64,000 bases of DNA from Tubiluchus corallicola (lineage: Eukaryota; Animalia; Priapulida): contig JAQGDQ010000143.1 of NCBI GenBank assembly GCA_030141605.1, positions 442,275-506,274 on the forward strand. Direction: 5' to 3'. Position 1 is the stretch's first letter. Every line of letters starts with the position of its first letter. The notes beneath the pieces were generated by a model. The model did not search any database. It was given only the letters and a program-made list of their open reading frames with translations, and was not told the origin of the DNA. Of this stretch, positions 27,936 to 41,392 are shown piece by piece. The position numbers and the translations under genes are program-made.

Positions 27936-29617
27936 TTAAACATTGCCTATCAAATAACTAGTCTTTCGTCTGAAGCCTTGCTGGTGAATTTTTGCTGGCA
28001 TATTTTATTAGAAGTTGGTTGTTAGATTAACCTTGTAACCAGCAGGTAAATGTTTTTTGTTCAGCTAGCTGCTTCTTAATTGTTATACATATTTGTTATA
28101 CTTAGCAGTAGCATTTCATAATTTAAAAGACAGACCGAAGTTTGCATTGAGATCCTTTCAAAGCCGCATTTCGTAGATGGATTTCAGTTTATAGGCTTTT
28201 CAAGAGTGATAAATCACAACTAGGTTGAAACTACTTACACAACACTTAATTTCGTCACTGGCAAATATTAAAAAGATTTTGCAGATGGAACTATGCAATG
28301 TTCCTTAGCCTGCAAAAACTTAATCTCCTTCAATTGATGTGATGCCGTCTTTGGAACAAATTGCTTTTCCATTTGAAGCAATGCATCGTCGTTTGTGTAA
28401 CGGAATCAAATACGGTGAATGGATATTTAATTGGCAAAGCGCGTGGAGAATTAAATCGGGATGGTGTGGTAACCACATTTTAGGTACATGTAAAATTAAA
28501 ACTAGTAAATCTTGAGTCACGGAGATCACTACACATCAGTAGTCTGTAAGGGAACTTATTTTGTAGAATAAAATTCCTAGGCTATACAAAATTTCAGGAC
28601 TTCCGAAGTGGGATTTGTTATCGAGATTCTTTGAAGTATTGTTTAAAAGAAATTGGAAGACATCACATGTTCCTTCTTGTTTCAACAAAGTCCTTACCCG
28701 GACACGCACCTATTCTGTTTTGCAACTTTTGTCTTGCTTTCATTCTTTTTAATACAATCACACAAGGGTAAATGAATTCTTGTATTAGGACCCAAAGACG
28801 CACAGTCGATGTTTGCGTGATCGAGAATTACCGTGGCTTTAACATGGTGCATAAACGGGAGCTGAAACAAGTTCATTAAATGAGTGAAGAATTTGAAACT
28901 TGTTCATGGTTCCACATACCCTGAAAAAAATTATTAAAAGTAAATGAGAAACTTCATAGTTACTATGTAACCTTTTGCTTATCAAGCAATGAAATGATGA
29001 ATATTCTAAAAGTGATTAAAGTATCATAGTGAATGTACAAATTACTAATAGTTTTTGTATACACCATTACTTTCTTTTTCTAAAGTTTGTATCCTGCAGT
29101 TTCAAAATTTGATGTCAAGTCCAATTACCGTTTCTTGTGACACATTTGTCATAAACTTTCTGTGATTTTTCGTGACATTTAGAATGTACTTTTAATCTTT
29201 TTTAAAATTTGTGTCATTTCTTGGCTTTATAAAGCTAGCTGATGAAATAGCTGATGAAATAAATAAGTCGCTAATACTGTGGAATAACTAACAATAATTT
29301 GCTCATTTTATCAGACAACTGAGATCTGAAACTAATATATGAAATTCCTGTTTGGCCTTGTTTGTCCCAGGTTAGTGCCCTGAATCCCTGCTTGGTTCCT
29401 TAATCCAATTTATAACACACAGAAGCTACTGGAAATTATATGATTTGAGGTCACAAGAGTCTGGTTTACACAGACAACTGATATTAACGCGAAATTAGAC
29501 AAACAGCTTAAGAGTCTTTACAGTCCTATATTATCATGTATTGACATACAATGCTTGCGCTTTAGCTAATTAAATGTAATATGGTTGGGAAGAGAGACAT
29601 TTTAGCAACGCATAACT

Positions 29618-29700
29618 GCCATGGTGCTGTAGTGTCACTCGGCGTACGATCATTCTGCCTTAGGAAATATTTGCATTGGGTTCGAAACCACGACTGGCAC
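29618..29700 (+). mobile_element. Decayed tRNA-derived SINE head
   Basis: tggtgctgtagtg A-box-like; gggttcgaaacc B box. Confidence 0.45.
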
Positions 29701-29849
29701 GTGTATACAGTTCTCAAGGAAAAGCAGCTAATCTGGCAGATATGAGTGTTAGTACTTTCTCAGTGCAGTTCAGTTACTCATGCAATTGTAGCTTTTACTA
29801 GAACTGAATAGAAAAATCAGCACTTAACGTGATCTAGAATTATGTGATT

Positions 29850-31600
29850 TTGTTTATTATTTGTTTTTATACAAAAACACCATTACAGTTACATACACAG
29901 ATATGTTACATACAATTGCACAAACTGAAAACAAAAATTACTACAAATACTTATTACGTGAGCAATTAATTAGTGAACAAATGATAGCTAGGTCACAGAT
30001 AGCCCAACTGCAATGCGTGGTGCGTTGCTAGGTGTTACGGGAACAAGGCTGGTAGTACGGTACGAAAGAAATGCCGTACTTCGTACCTTTATAAAATATC
30101 GTACCGTAATTGCGTGCCGTACTAGTACGATAAAATATCGTACCGTTAATCAGTACCAAATTTCGTACGAAGGGCTTGTGGGATCTAGCATAAAAAGATA
30201 AATAGTTGCACAAAAATTATTTGTGAAAAGTTTATCAATTAGTTTTATAAAATTATGTGTACTATAAAAACAGAACTGTTGTTTGAACTTCCATATTATT
30301 TACATTTGTTTTAGGTTGCAAAAGTTACGCGAAATTATGCATAATATTATTTTGAGTTACTTTGTCTTAATAAATAATTTTGTGGCAGACCCGACGAATT
30401 ACGTTCGCAAACTAGCTTTTAATGGTTGTCTTAAATTACGTGCTCATTAGTGTTAAGCTGGTAACGTTTCGAATTTCTTTCTTTTGCAAAGCAAAGGTAA
30501 ATATGGCACAGAAAAAAGTACATTCCTATAAAAATTTCAGAAAAAGCAGTTAGAGCAATTGTGTTACAGGAATAAGAGTCAAACAAGGTGAGCAATACCC
30601 AGTTTGTACAAGTACAACAATAAAGGTGAGGTAACTTATGGAAATAACAACCGGCGCTTCTGAACAACATCCCGCTTTAGCATCCAAAGCGAACCAATCT
30701 AGCTGTTTTGTTTGGGTGTGCCCTGAGAACAATAAGTCCCCCCCCCCCCCAAGAGGCAAAACAAGTCGTCCCAAGCGTTACAAGAAGCTGAGTAAAGTGA
30801 TACAGAAAATGTACGATAAACATATGAATAGGTACGAAAAAATACTGTAATTTCGTATCGTATCGTACTATTGGGAAAAGACTGTGCCCTTATTTCGTAC
30901 CGTACTTTTAAGAGTTTTTTTTCATATACCGTACCGTACTGCCAGCTTTGTAGAGAAAAGATAAAAGAGATGCGTAATGAAAAAGGAACGACATGACGGT
31001 GAGAGGCAGCCAACGTGGTTCGTGCAATATCGAAAGAAAAGCCGAAGATCAAATCCACCTAATATGTGTTTAAGAGATATGTTTTCATCTCCTTCTTAAA
31101 TTTGGGTAAGGATAACACTGGTCTGTAATTACAAAAATTAGAATTACATACATTGGGACATACAAAAGAAATAAAATATTTAGAAAAGTTGGTTCTGGAA
31201 ATAACTGAGATAATATTCAATACACCTAGTATTACGGTGTTTGATATTTTTGTTTATAGGATCCATGAAAAATTGCAGAAACAAATTAAAGTTGTTTTTT
31301 GTGCATGAATACCGCAATATTGTACTTAACAAGATTACCAATTGTAAATTGTTTACTATCTTTAAAGTATTGCTTAGAATTGTAGAAAACTTAGAAAGAT
31401 TTTAAAAAATTACGCAAGAATTTTAGATTTGGCAGATAAGTGAGCCCCAAAAATTTAAGCAGCCTCCAAGAATACATTATCTCATTGTACCTCTTTATAA
31501 TACAAAAGTGGAATTTTACTTCACTTCTACATAGCCTCAATAACTATAAAGTGGGTAATACTTATATTCTGAAATAATTGTAATATAAAGACTGCCTATT
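29850..31600 (-). mobile_element. Decayed CR1/L2-group LINE 3' portion, split by the hAT-like element
   Basis: Minus strand SRTNFSKYFISFVCPNVCNS...LPKFKKEMKTYLL matches RTN..K.SI...GP..WNSL...FKK.LK.YLL. 3' UTR ends in an (aata)-rich tail near 29850. Confidence 0.6.
30044..30950. mobile_element. 907-bp non-autonomous DNA transposon, hAT-like, with subterminal CGTAC repeats
   Basis: TIRs caaggctggtagtacggtacg / cgtaccgtactgccagctttg (19/21 match); many gtacg/cgtac motifs at both ends; 8-bp flanks tacgggaa/tagagaaa only partly match. Confidence 0.8.
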
Positions 31601-32160
31601 GTTTTTATCAGTCATCGAAAAGGGATCGTAGTTTGCCAATAGAGAATTTAACTTTTATTAGACTTGTACGAACCGAGAATCAAGTGAATAAGGTCCGTTG
31701 CCTGACCCTAGATAACGTTAATATTTTAAGACTTTCGTGGAGCTCAAAAGCACATAAAATAAACGCGAAACATTTTATTCCTGATATCCATTATACCAAG
31801 ATTTCCACGATTCGAGAGGTGTAATATGATAAGTTATCACTTTATTCGTGTCGGAACTGGTGCTGACAAACCATTGGCATGGCAGTGACTACCTTTTTGC
31901 TTGATTAGCTGTTGTGTTTTCTTGTCGTGAAGGCGAATTTCTTTTATTTTAGAGATATGCCTGGCCAAAGTCTGTAGCAGACATAAGACATATGACAAGG
32001 ATGACGATCACTTAACGAATATTGCTCATCACCAGCTGCTCATTTCCAATCTTTAACCATTGATATTTTAAAGGTGTTTCAATGATCCTGTAGATGAGAG
32101 AGAAGCTGAAGACTTGGTCTTTCTTGTAAAATCTCAACAATTCAGAAGTCTAAACTCCTA

Positions 32161-32270
32161 GGACCCAGTTTTACAAAGCCGTCACTAAGTTAACGACATC
32201 GTTATTAATAGGCCTAACTAATGTACTAACGACCTTTGCTAACTAAGTGACGTCTTTGTGCAACCAGCCC
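32161..32270. mobile_element. 110-bp MITE with ~35-bp imperfect TIRs
   Basis: ggacccagttttacaaagccgtcactaagttaacga versus the reverse complement of the right end, gggctggttgcacaaagacgtcacttagttagcaa. Confidence 0.75.
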
Positions 32271-32489
32271 ATAACGTTTCTAGTACATCACTTTTGTCTC
32301 CACTCTTGTAAGTTCGAGGTGTTATGGCTACCGTTAGTATTTTCATTTGGGGACAGCCGAAGTTCTTAACACAAACTGAGTAGTTCTTAATGGTTTTGTA
32401 TAAACGTTTTTACAACATTTTTGATTCCAAAATGTGACTGGAATACGCAATAGATCATAAAGAACGTATAGCCATTGTAGAGGGTATTA

Positions 32490-32700
32490 TAACATCCCCT
32501 CAGTACTTGGTCAAATGGACAGTACGATATGGCTTGTAATATATGAACTATTCACAATGTCAATGGCAGTGCAAACAATAAGCCTCCTAGCATACTTCAC
32601 AAACACCATGCAGAAAGTCTCCATTAAACAGTTTTCTTCGAGGCTTCCCAGTCCGAAAGTTGTCTGAGTTTGCTAAGCATTGTGGGATTTGTGTATCATG
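32490..32700 (+). mobile_element. Possible CR1 post-RT remnant
   Basis: QYL, IHNVNGSANNK and EFA..LWD in the order expected for KYLG...HI.NI..KAN...LEYA..VWDP. Confidence 0.3.
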
Positions 32701-32960
32701 TTACTCATGTATCATTACTCATACTAAAGCCACGGTTATTAGCACATAGCCTGCCTAGTTTAGAAAGCAGATATGCGGTGGTCAGAAAACAGCAGCAAAG
32801 CTTTACTATTGCAACCACTAATGCTTATGAACACGACTAAACTAACATGCTAATGTATTACACTTTGATCCTGCAGTCAGAGAATAGGTTTTTGATTTGT
32901 CAAGAACCAATTCTGTTTCATAGTTGCATATTTTTAAGACATTTACAAAGGTGTCCTAAG

Positions 32961-33078
32961 TCGCACCTAGGGTATGCCCTAGGATGTATTCCTAGGGTTT
33001 CCATATATACATCCATTATATCCTAGGGTTTCTAAAGGATTTCTTTAACTCTAGGTTTGAGACCGCTTCTAGGTGTGA
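32961..33078. mobile_element. Small palindromic MITE-like element rich in CCTAGG
   Basis: tcgcacctag ... ctaggtgtga inverted ends; six (C)CTAGG motifs. Confidence 0.5.
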
Positions 33079-33119
33079 TATAAAGATTAGAGATTAAAAT
33101 AAATTGTGTTTAAGTTGAA

Positions 33120-33240
33120 AATAATGGAAACTGATGACTGTTATCTTTGATGTTAAAATTCTTGCTAAAGCAGTTCAACTTTGTTAAGCGAAAATGTAAG
33201 AACTTCGGGTCTATTCAATGTTAAACAAGAGATGCGTTTA
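33120..33240 (+). mobile_element. Possible Penelope-like GIY-YIG C-terminal remnant
   Basis: VKILAK then, frameshifted, NFVKRKCK...IQ...RD resembles F..VKIL.KE.N..KRK..EA..I.....LNRD. Confidence 0.3.
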
Positions 33241-34399
33241 CTGTAACTAGGGACTCTGTTAGTAAGTGTGTAAGAAATCTCTTGAGCTTGCTTGTTTAAT
33301 AAAACCTGACTTGAGGAAAGATTCTACGTATTTCGGGTGTGAGGCCTCTAGAGTCTCTCTACACATATTTGTAACATTGTGAAGAAAGCGAGGCATATAT
33401 CCGCGCCATGAATGCTGCGTTCACAAGTTTCTAAAAAATGGTTTCTGTTAGCAATCGAGCAGCTCTACGGCAGCAGCAGCACAAGAAGAAGAGCACTATG
33501 GGTGAAAATTTGGCTTAACCTGAATGGCACGCGATATGAATTGATGTCACTTTAAGTCAATGAGAGACCGAAATTTCAGAAGCAACAAGAAAGAAGATAT
33601 TATTACAGTAAAAAAGAAATGAATCAAGTCCCAATCAGTCTTATTATAATAAAAGCTGTGCTAGATAAAACTCCAGGTAACCGGGATCGAGATAGGCAAA
33701 GAGTCAAAAGAAATACATCAACAGTACCTTCATCAAATTTACAGTAAAACACAGGTTCAATAAAATATTACTTCCATGAGTAATACCACCAGTTGCAATG
33801 GGTAAGTTGAGCGTCAAGTACGGGGAAGCTGTAAGCGGTGAGCAATAAAAGCAAAACCGATGATGCGAGCGTATGCATATCTGTGAACATAATGAAGGCA
33901 CTGAAAACCATGGATTTTTGGTGAATGCGACATCAAAGAACTGCATCAATGTTAGAGAAGTGCGCTTCTACTAGTATTTTTTTATTTTTATTTTTTATTC
34001 AACCCATATCACAATTTTAAAATATTATACTTGTAATTGCATTTGTGGTTTACATAGAGATGTGGGCTGGGAAAACCATACAAGGCAAAAACGCCGCAAA
34101 ACTTACGGGCCACCCATAAATACTGTAGTATAAAAAATATACATGTAGTTTGATCGATGATGACAAGTAGAGATGAACAATAAGTGATAATCAGTGAACA
34201 ATTTATCATACAAGATATATATATTATAATTATTATATTACAGCATTTGATTTTACCGATGATTGAAGTATAAATATGCAATATCAGATGTAAAATAATT
34301 ATACAGCAATTTAATTAACGACGATAATAATAACATTTATCAAGTATACAAACATCAGAATAAGTATTATGGAAAACAATGAACAAGGCAAGGTGAAGG

Positions 34400-34790
34400 A
34401 TTTATAACCATGGGTTTGAACTTTATCAGTTTGGAAGATTATTAACTAAAGAAAAAATGATATATAGGCCAAAGTACGGTTTGAAAATATTAAATGTAAG
34501 TTAGACGTAAAAAATTGCTAGTACATGTATTTAACATAGGAAAAAGGGAAATGTTCAGTAAAAGTGTAAAAAGCACTCCTTGGGAACTCCTGTGACTGTT
34601 GCCTTTTTTTTTATTTGCGACATCAGCCACGACTTCAAATGATAGAAAATCTCTGGAATAGACGAAATGGCCGGGAATTGCACCCGGAATTAACATCCAA
34701 CATCCGGTGATTCCAAGTGTTTTGCTAATCAAGACCTGATAGGCAGAAAATGCTAAGAAGGTCAAAATGCTAGAAAGCAATAACTTAAGT
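34400..34790 (-). mobile_element. Decayed L2-like RT fragment
   Basis: VTGVP/QG.LFTLLLNISLFPM resembles GVPQGSVLGPLLFNIY..PL; upstream LGITG. Confidence 0.4.
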
Positions 34791-34868
34791 GTGGAAATGA
34801 TTATTCCTTAGTTCATCCAGCAAAATCAGGAGTCTTTTTTCAAAGAGAAGCTATTGGGACCAAGAAAT

Positions 34869-35075
34869 AGTGTAGCTTAATGGTAGCCTGTTCGGTTCCC
34901 ACCAGGGAGGTCGTGGGTTCAACTCCCGTCCGCGTCATACCAAGCATAAAAAATGGTACCGCTGGTTCCTCGACCAAGCACGCGGGTTTATCGAAGTAAC
35001 TTGCGGATAATAATAATCGGGACCACCTAGGAAATAAGTATAGTGGTACTTAAGGTATTATCCCTGGACTATGTC
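34869..35075 (+). mobile_element. tRNA-derived SINE with Meta(MESC)-like central domain
   Basis: A box tagcttaatgg, B box ggttcaactcc, then gtcataccaagcataaaaaatggtaccgctggttcctcgaccaagcacgc (similar to my recollection of the Meta domain) and a gggaccacctaggaaataag LINE-like tail. Confidence 0.7.
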
Positions 35076-36149
35076 CTAGACTGTTCTAGCTCTACAAACA
35101 GTGAATTCTAGGTTGCGCCACCAGCAAGGCTTTTCTAGTATTTCATATGACACTTAAATGCATGGTATTATTACAATAGACCAGTAATAAAACTGTTTCA
35201 GCCTTTCCCTGCAGTGTTTAACTTCAATGTTTATATTCGAAGAAAGAAATGACGAAAATTGCTAGTTCTTCGGCCACAAGCATTTGAACTAGGGAAGAAA
35301 TTGATAGGCAGTAAATCCCTGCTTCAAATTATGACTAGGTTGATAATTTTTGTCACCTTTATTTCTTTATGAATACGTGAACTTAATGTAAATTCGTATA
35401 ATTACGACCAAAGTACGACCAAATTATAGAGGTTCGCAAACTACTGAACAGTTCGAAGAATACTAACAGTCTAATACATTCATTTAATTTTTTACTTTAT
35501 AACACCACCTATCCCATGATTCTGTTTTTGGCAAAAAGAACTGTTGTTAAAAATCATTTCATCAACGAATTCATTTAAGATCGATTTTCATTAAATCACA
35601 CATATTAGTGAAACACAAGGAAACAATGTAGGAACCGATTAACTTGATTTATCATGTTTGTCTGTTTCGTTTGCCTACCTATTTGCAAACAATGATCCAT
35701 CATTATATCTAACGACTGACATCTTTACATTACATTACTGCTTGTAGAAGTCTACTGCAATTTTTCTACAGCTTTTTCTGCCACAGTCTACAAAAACTCA
35801 TACTTTGTCTAATAATCTGTGCTGGCAAAATGACAAGTAGGCAATATTCTCCTCGACAGTCTTTTAACATCTTATTTCAATGTCATGTTTAAAATTAAGT
35901 AGTTATATAGCGGGGATTAGTACAAAGCTGCTATCCCAACGCTGGTGTCTATTACTGAACACGAGAGTGTGACAAGTCCGAAACCTAGTAATTAATTACT
36001 CATTTAAGATAAGACATTTTGCTCCCAGAGGTACAGATACGCAGGAAACAGAATTGATTTTTGTTTTACCAATGAACCACTAATAGTTGTGCAAACTTAT
36101 TTCATATATATGTATATATACAAATGCTTGTGCCCAAAAACTATATTAT

Positions 36150-36161
36150 ATGCATATACAT

Positions 36162-36206
<45 letters not shown>
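36150..36206. repeat. (AC)n(AT)n microsatellite
   Basis: Direct observation. Confidence 0.9.
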
Positions 36207-36207
<1 letters not shown>

Positions 36208-38526
36208 GCAGCCCGGTTTATTTTTAGTTTTGCTTCGCTGGCATTGTGCACCTGCGACCTCATAATTTATACCCCTAAACCACGGTTTATGTTAATAATT
36301 ATTCCAAGTTTACTTAATGTTCATTCACTGTATATAATGAGTAAATGAGATTATGCGGAAAGATCTTGAACATCTGTGTGGCTGCTTCTTCAATTAATTA
36401 ACCGTCACCTTAATTATTGTAAGAGTATTGTTGTTTCAGCCTGTGCGGACGGGCGTGCGTCGTGTGCGCTGAGATTATGCCACAGTCTTTGGCGTCAGGG
36501 AGTTTTTTTACTGCAAAACTGGTGGGACCTTTCTCCCACTGGTGATCAAAATTACGCTACTACTTGGTCACGTTTGCCTTCACTGACGCTGTTTTTAAGC
36601 TCTGCACTTCTGGCGCGCACAGCACTATTTCACGTTTGATCGGTCCTATACAACTGAGTGAAAGAGGGAAGAAAATGTCAGTTCGCTCACGCGGCGTATG
36701 ATTCTTTGGAGGACATAAGTGAAGTGCCACAGCTCCCTCTTGGTACAGTTAGAGCAAGCCTCTCACAAAGTACGCTATATCAGTCTGTCTTGATGTTGCT
36801 ACTGTTTCACATTTTTTCTCCAAAGTTAGAATATTGCCAGTAGTTTCTGTGTTTATTGCATGCACATACGTCCCATTTTTACAGACAATATTATCGAAAT
36901 GGCATGTCTTAAGGCACACAGTAGCTGATAATGTAAGCAATATTATTTAAATTTTGAATAATAGTTTATTAACAATAAAACCGTAATAAAATTAACACAA
37001 ACTGCTGTTGCCTCAGATTTGTTACAATTTTGCGGTGATAAAGTTTTATTTCCCAATAAAATAAACATAATGTTTGTCATATAGCAAATTATTCACCAGG
37101 CTAACATAAAATGAAGAAATTATAAGAGCCTTGCTGTGTTTTGACCTATAAAAACAAATGGAATTTAAATTTGATTTGGCATCATAAACGATATGCAGAT
37201 AAAACCAATCTCAAAAGTAAATAGCAATTATTAGTTATGGCGCTGTCTAGAAATTAGAGATCATTAACTCTATTTGACAATTTATGCGCAAAGTACATGA
37301 GTGAAATGAGTTTGACCTGAATCTTGCTGCCGTTTCTCATGCTGCTAATGTTGGCACCACCGCTGCTACAAATGAATAATTTTGGGTTTGAATTTGGGAA
37401 GTTATAGCAGTCACCGCATTAGTTAAAAGATCTTTTCTTTGCTCCAAAATAAAGCTGCAGCAGATTTGACATGCTTTCATTAACTCACAATTGTGCTGGC
37501 ACTTTTTTCTCTGTAATATCTATCTCTCCATCTCTACGGGGACGACTGGTGCAATCTACTATAAAACCAGTTCTGCTATTAGTTATGCAACTGTGTGCAA
37601 TGTACCGTTGCAATAGCGACATGCTGCAAAGTTATGTAAACTACTGACGCCTTCAGCCATTCAAGGGTGCTTAAGGTGACGTTTAGCATGCTTTCAACAA
37701 CTCAGAAGCCACACTTGATAATGCAGTGTGGCTTAGCTTGTCAAGCTTGGTAAAATAAAATGATTTTTGCTTTTTCTGTTAAAATCAGTTAATGTTAACG
37801 TTATTTATCCGAAATTTGCAGCGGCCTTACACAGGGCTTTCATGTGCAATTTCTTTTCAACCCATCTGATAGGGCGAATGAATGAAACTCGACTAGAACC
37901 TCTAGATAATGTATTTTTCATTTACTGTCCTGGAGTAACTGTAACGCTGCTACTACAGCTGCTGCTTACACTTTACTACTGTTAGTCTTTTGAGTTGAGT
38001 ATCATTTTAGAAAATTTCAGTATTTATGTCTAAGCGACTTGGACTCAGTTAGCCTAACATGCGTGTTTTCTGTCTCCTATGATAAAATAATTTGCGATGT
38101 TGGTTTCCTCAGAATAATTGTACTTCCGCGAAGCATATAGACTCTTGAAGATAATTTGCGACGATTCGTTGGTCGACCGCCCATTACCCTAACGTTTAAT
38201 GGGACGATGCTTATTACCATATTGCCTAACTTCTTATTTACGTTTCAGGAAATCAGGTATTATTACTCAGCATCTAGATTCATTATAACGTTTTCTGATG
38301 GAGAACAGCGGCAGCAGCAGCCAAGCAAGCGCAGACCTAATCAGATCCATAATGAGGTGATGTGATTACGCTGAACTGCTTACAATAACGTTCAGTGATT
38401 AATATAAAAGCATATAAGAACGTGGGTTACGCACAATTACCCACGTTCGATTCGGAGAGAACGGGCGCATTGAAATTGAGATAGTTTGACGACCTTAAAA
38501 TGACTAAAAGCAGAATCTTTCAAAAT

Positions 38527-38528
<2 letters not shown>

Positions 38529-38584
<56 letters not shown>
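38529..38584. repeat. (CT)n microsatellite
   Basis: Direct observation. Confidence 0.97.
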
Positions 38585-38587
<3 letters not shown>

Positions 38588-39969
38588 CCTCATAATTTCA
38601 GTTTCTCCTCTTCAAACGAGTTGCATAACAAATTATTATTATTATAAATTATTATCCACCTCGTACTGACCTAAAGAGAAAACTGATGCTTATTAGATAG
38701 TACATGCGTATTAAACAGTATCCTCCAGTATTGTGTTTATTTTGCTGCAAAGCAAATGTATCGCGTGCATTTGTTCATTGTGTCCATTTAATACGTCCAC
38801 GACAGTTCATTTTACCATTAACTACCCAAATCATGTAATGACTATTGTGCGGCCTTGTTGTCCATTTCGAAGTGTTTCGGTTTAATTATTGCAGTCGTTC
38901 AGGTTACGTGTACTCGGAGATCTGCTCGTTAAAGATCTTCATTCAGTGACAACATGGATGTGAGATAGGTTTACATGACTCTAATAATGATCATCAAATA
39001 TCACTATGCGCTATTATCGCTCTTACTCATCTCTCATGACTAACGTACTCGAAATGTGTATCTTGGTCGCATTTTTAAACATAATGAAGTGCATTTTACT
39101 TTCGCGGTGATTAAGAGTGTGACAGGTGATGCAGCACTGCTGGTCTGTAACTTCATTTATTCGTTTACTCACACGCTCACTACTCAGCTAAATGGTTATA
39201 AATGTGTTTGTCGGTTTCTTTAAGGATCTATTAAAATAAACAAGCAGTGCCTATACGAGCAGAAGAAATATAGAAGTCATTCGGAAATGGTGCAAGAAAA
39301 ACCAAACGCATCGTTGCAAAATATAAGGAAAGTAACAGTCTTTTTGTTCAGCATGAACAGCATGAAATGAAAAGTTTTTGCAAACTAAAAGAAAAATAAA
39401 TATTTCTTTGTCTGTAATGACAAAAGAAAACCAAAGGTGTCCGTACTGGCAAAGATAGAATTAAAAAGAAGAAAAAGAAGCAGAATAAAGGATCTATCTA
39501 CAGGGAAAAGAGAACAACACCATAAAAACGAAATGTATTGTTCACTTAATGGAAGCACATACAGGAGAAAATTATGTGAAAAACTAAAGGAAATGAAAGT
39601 ATCCATTATCTGCGACAATAGAAGGAAAAACAGCAATAAAAACTAAAACTTGGCTACAGGAAAGAAGGAAATCGTCAGACTGAAAAGAAACCCAAAGAAT
39701 ATTAATCTACAGAAATAAAAACATTTGATTTTGTTTATCATAATTCGTACAGTTATGAGTCAAGGCAGAAAATTATCTTATAATTGAGCTAGTCATTAGG
39801 GTATCTATTACCTGTGTGTTGAGCAAACACAGTTGGATCCTATTTCCAATTAGTAACTAACAGTGTAGCGTACCGTATTTTAGCCAATGTATCACATCTC
39901 GTATCATGGGATTTCAAAAACCAGTCACTACTCACATTATCAGGTGACATTATTCTAAAGAAAACGTGG

Positions 39970-40062
39970 AAGACGATGATAATGATGGCAATGTTGATGA
40001 GGTTGACCTAACAATGGCGACGGTATCGATACTGCTGCTGCTGCTGATGCTAATGCTGCTGC

Positions 40063-40093
<31 letters not shown>

Positions 40094-40440
40094 GGTGGTG
40101 GTGGTGGTGGTGGTGATGATGATGACGATTATGCTAATACCGATGACTATCATGACTGCAGCGTTAATATTGATTATCATGACAACCAATGGTGGTGTTT
40201 TAAAACGGCAGTGGTCGCAACCAACTACAAGATCCAGCCAACAAGCACAGCAATGACAATGATGATGACGATGATCATGATGAGGAGGAGGAGGAGAAGG
40301 AGGAAGAAGATGAAGCAAAAGAAGAGGAGGAGGGGGACGACGACGACGATGACGACAATGACAACAATGTTGATGTTGATGTGTTGATATTGACAATAAT
40401 AATGATGTTATTGTTAATGCTAATAATAATGATCAAGATT
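39970..40440. repeat. Long compound trinucleotide repeat (CTG, ATG, GTG, GAG, GAC, AAT)
   Basis: Direct observation. Confidence 0.9.
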
Positions 40441-41174
40441 ATGAAGGCAGTGATGTGAATGCGTTACCACTGGAAAAACTCCCTGAAAGCGGTTTCAGCT
40501 GACAGCCTGTGATTATTTCTTTCACCGAAGAAGAATGTGTGCAATCTGAAAGACAAGCTTATCCAGCTTCTCTCTTATTAGACATCTTTGGTAATTAAAT
40601 AGGTTTCAGTCCTGCTACAATCGTTCAACATCAGTAATAAATTATCCCTTAACGTCAGTAGATCCTGCTGTTACAGAGCTGGATTTTAGGCTGTTATTGT
40701 CAAACAGATTTTATAGGTCAATTTTGAGCCATCTATTGCTGCTGCGCCATCTATTGTTTGCACCTTTACTAATATTAATATGTCAGCCTCATTAAACTGA
40801 TAATTGTGACTTATGTCAACCTGCCAGATTTCACTGGAAACCATGACGCCAATAATACGTCAATAGGACGATTCTGTTTATAAGCTCCAGCAATTTCTGC
40901 TAATTTTCCGGTAGATGTCAGACATCGACTTGAAGGTCCCAGTAGGTATAGCTTTACAAGATTTACGAGAATTACGACAGCTCATGACAAAGACTAGTTC
41001 GCTAGGGGAATCTCAAGAAGCTGATTAGTCTTCGAGCGACTGAAGGTCTATAAATCTTATCAAATAGATTCTGTTGAGAAATGGGCCGAACGACAGACGT
41101 GTTGACAGAGGGTTGTCTTTTGCTGGTCAAATTATGCTTGGCAGCTCTTTGTAAAGACAAATATGACAGATTCG

Positions 41175-41323
41175 AGCAGCTGTTGCTGTCGGTGTTGCTG
41201 CGGCTGCTGCTGCTGATGATGATAATGATGATGATAATGATGGTGACGACGGCGGCGGCGGCGGCGGCGGCGATGATGATGATGGTGGTGGTGGTGTTAG
41301 CGATAATGACTGTGGTGGTGGTA

Positions 41324-41355
<32 letters not shown>

Positions 41356-41392
41356 AATGATGAAAATGGCGATGATACTGCTGCTTCTGCCG
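41175..41392. repeat. Compound trinucleotide repeat (CTG, ATG, GCG, GTG)
   Basis: Direct observation. Confidence 0.92.

Noticed and set aside
38418-38448. 10-bp stem hairpin as a Helitron 3' end or terminator
   Set aside because: No following CTRR terminus; bacterial-type terminators do not apply here.
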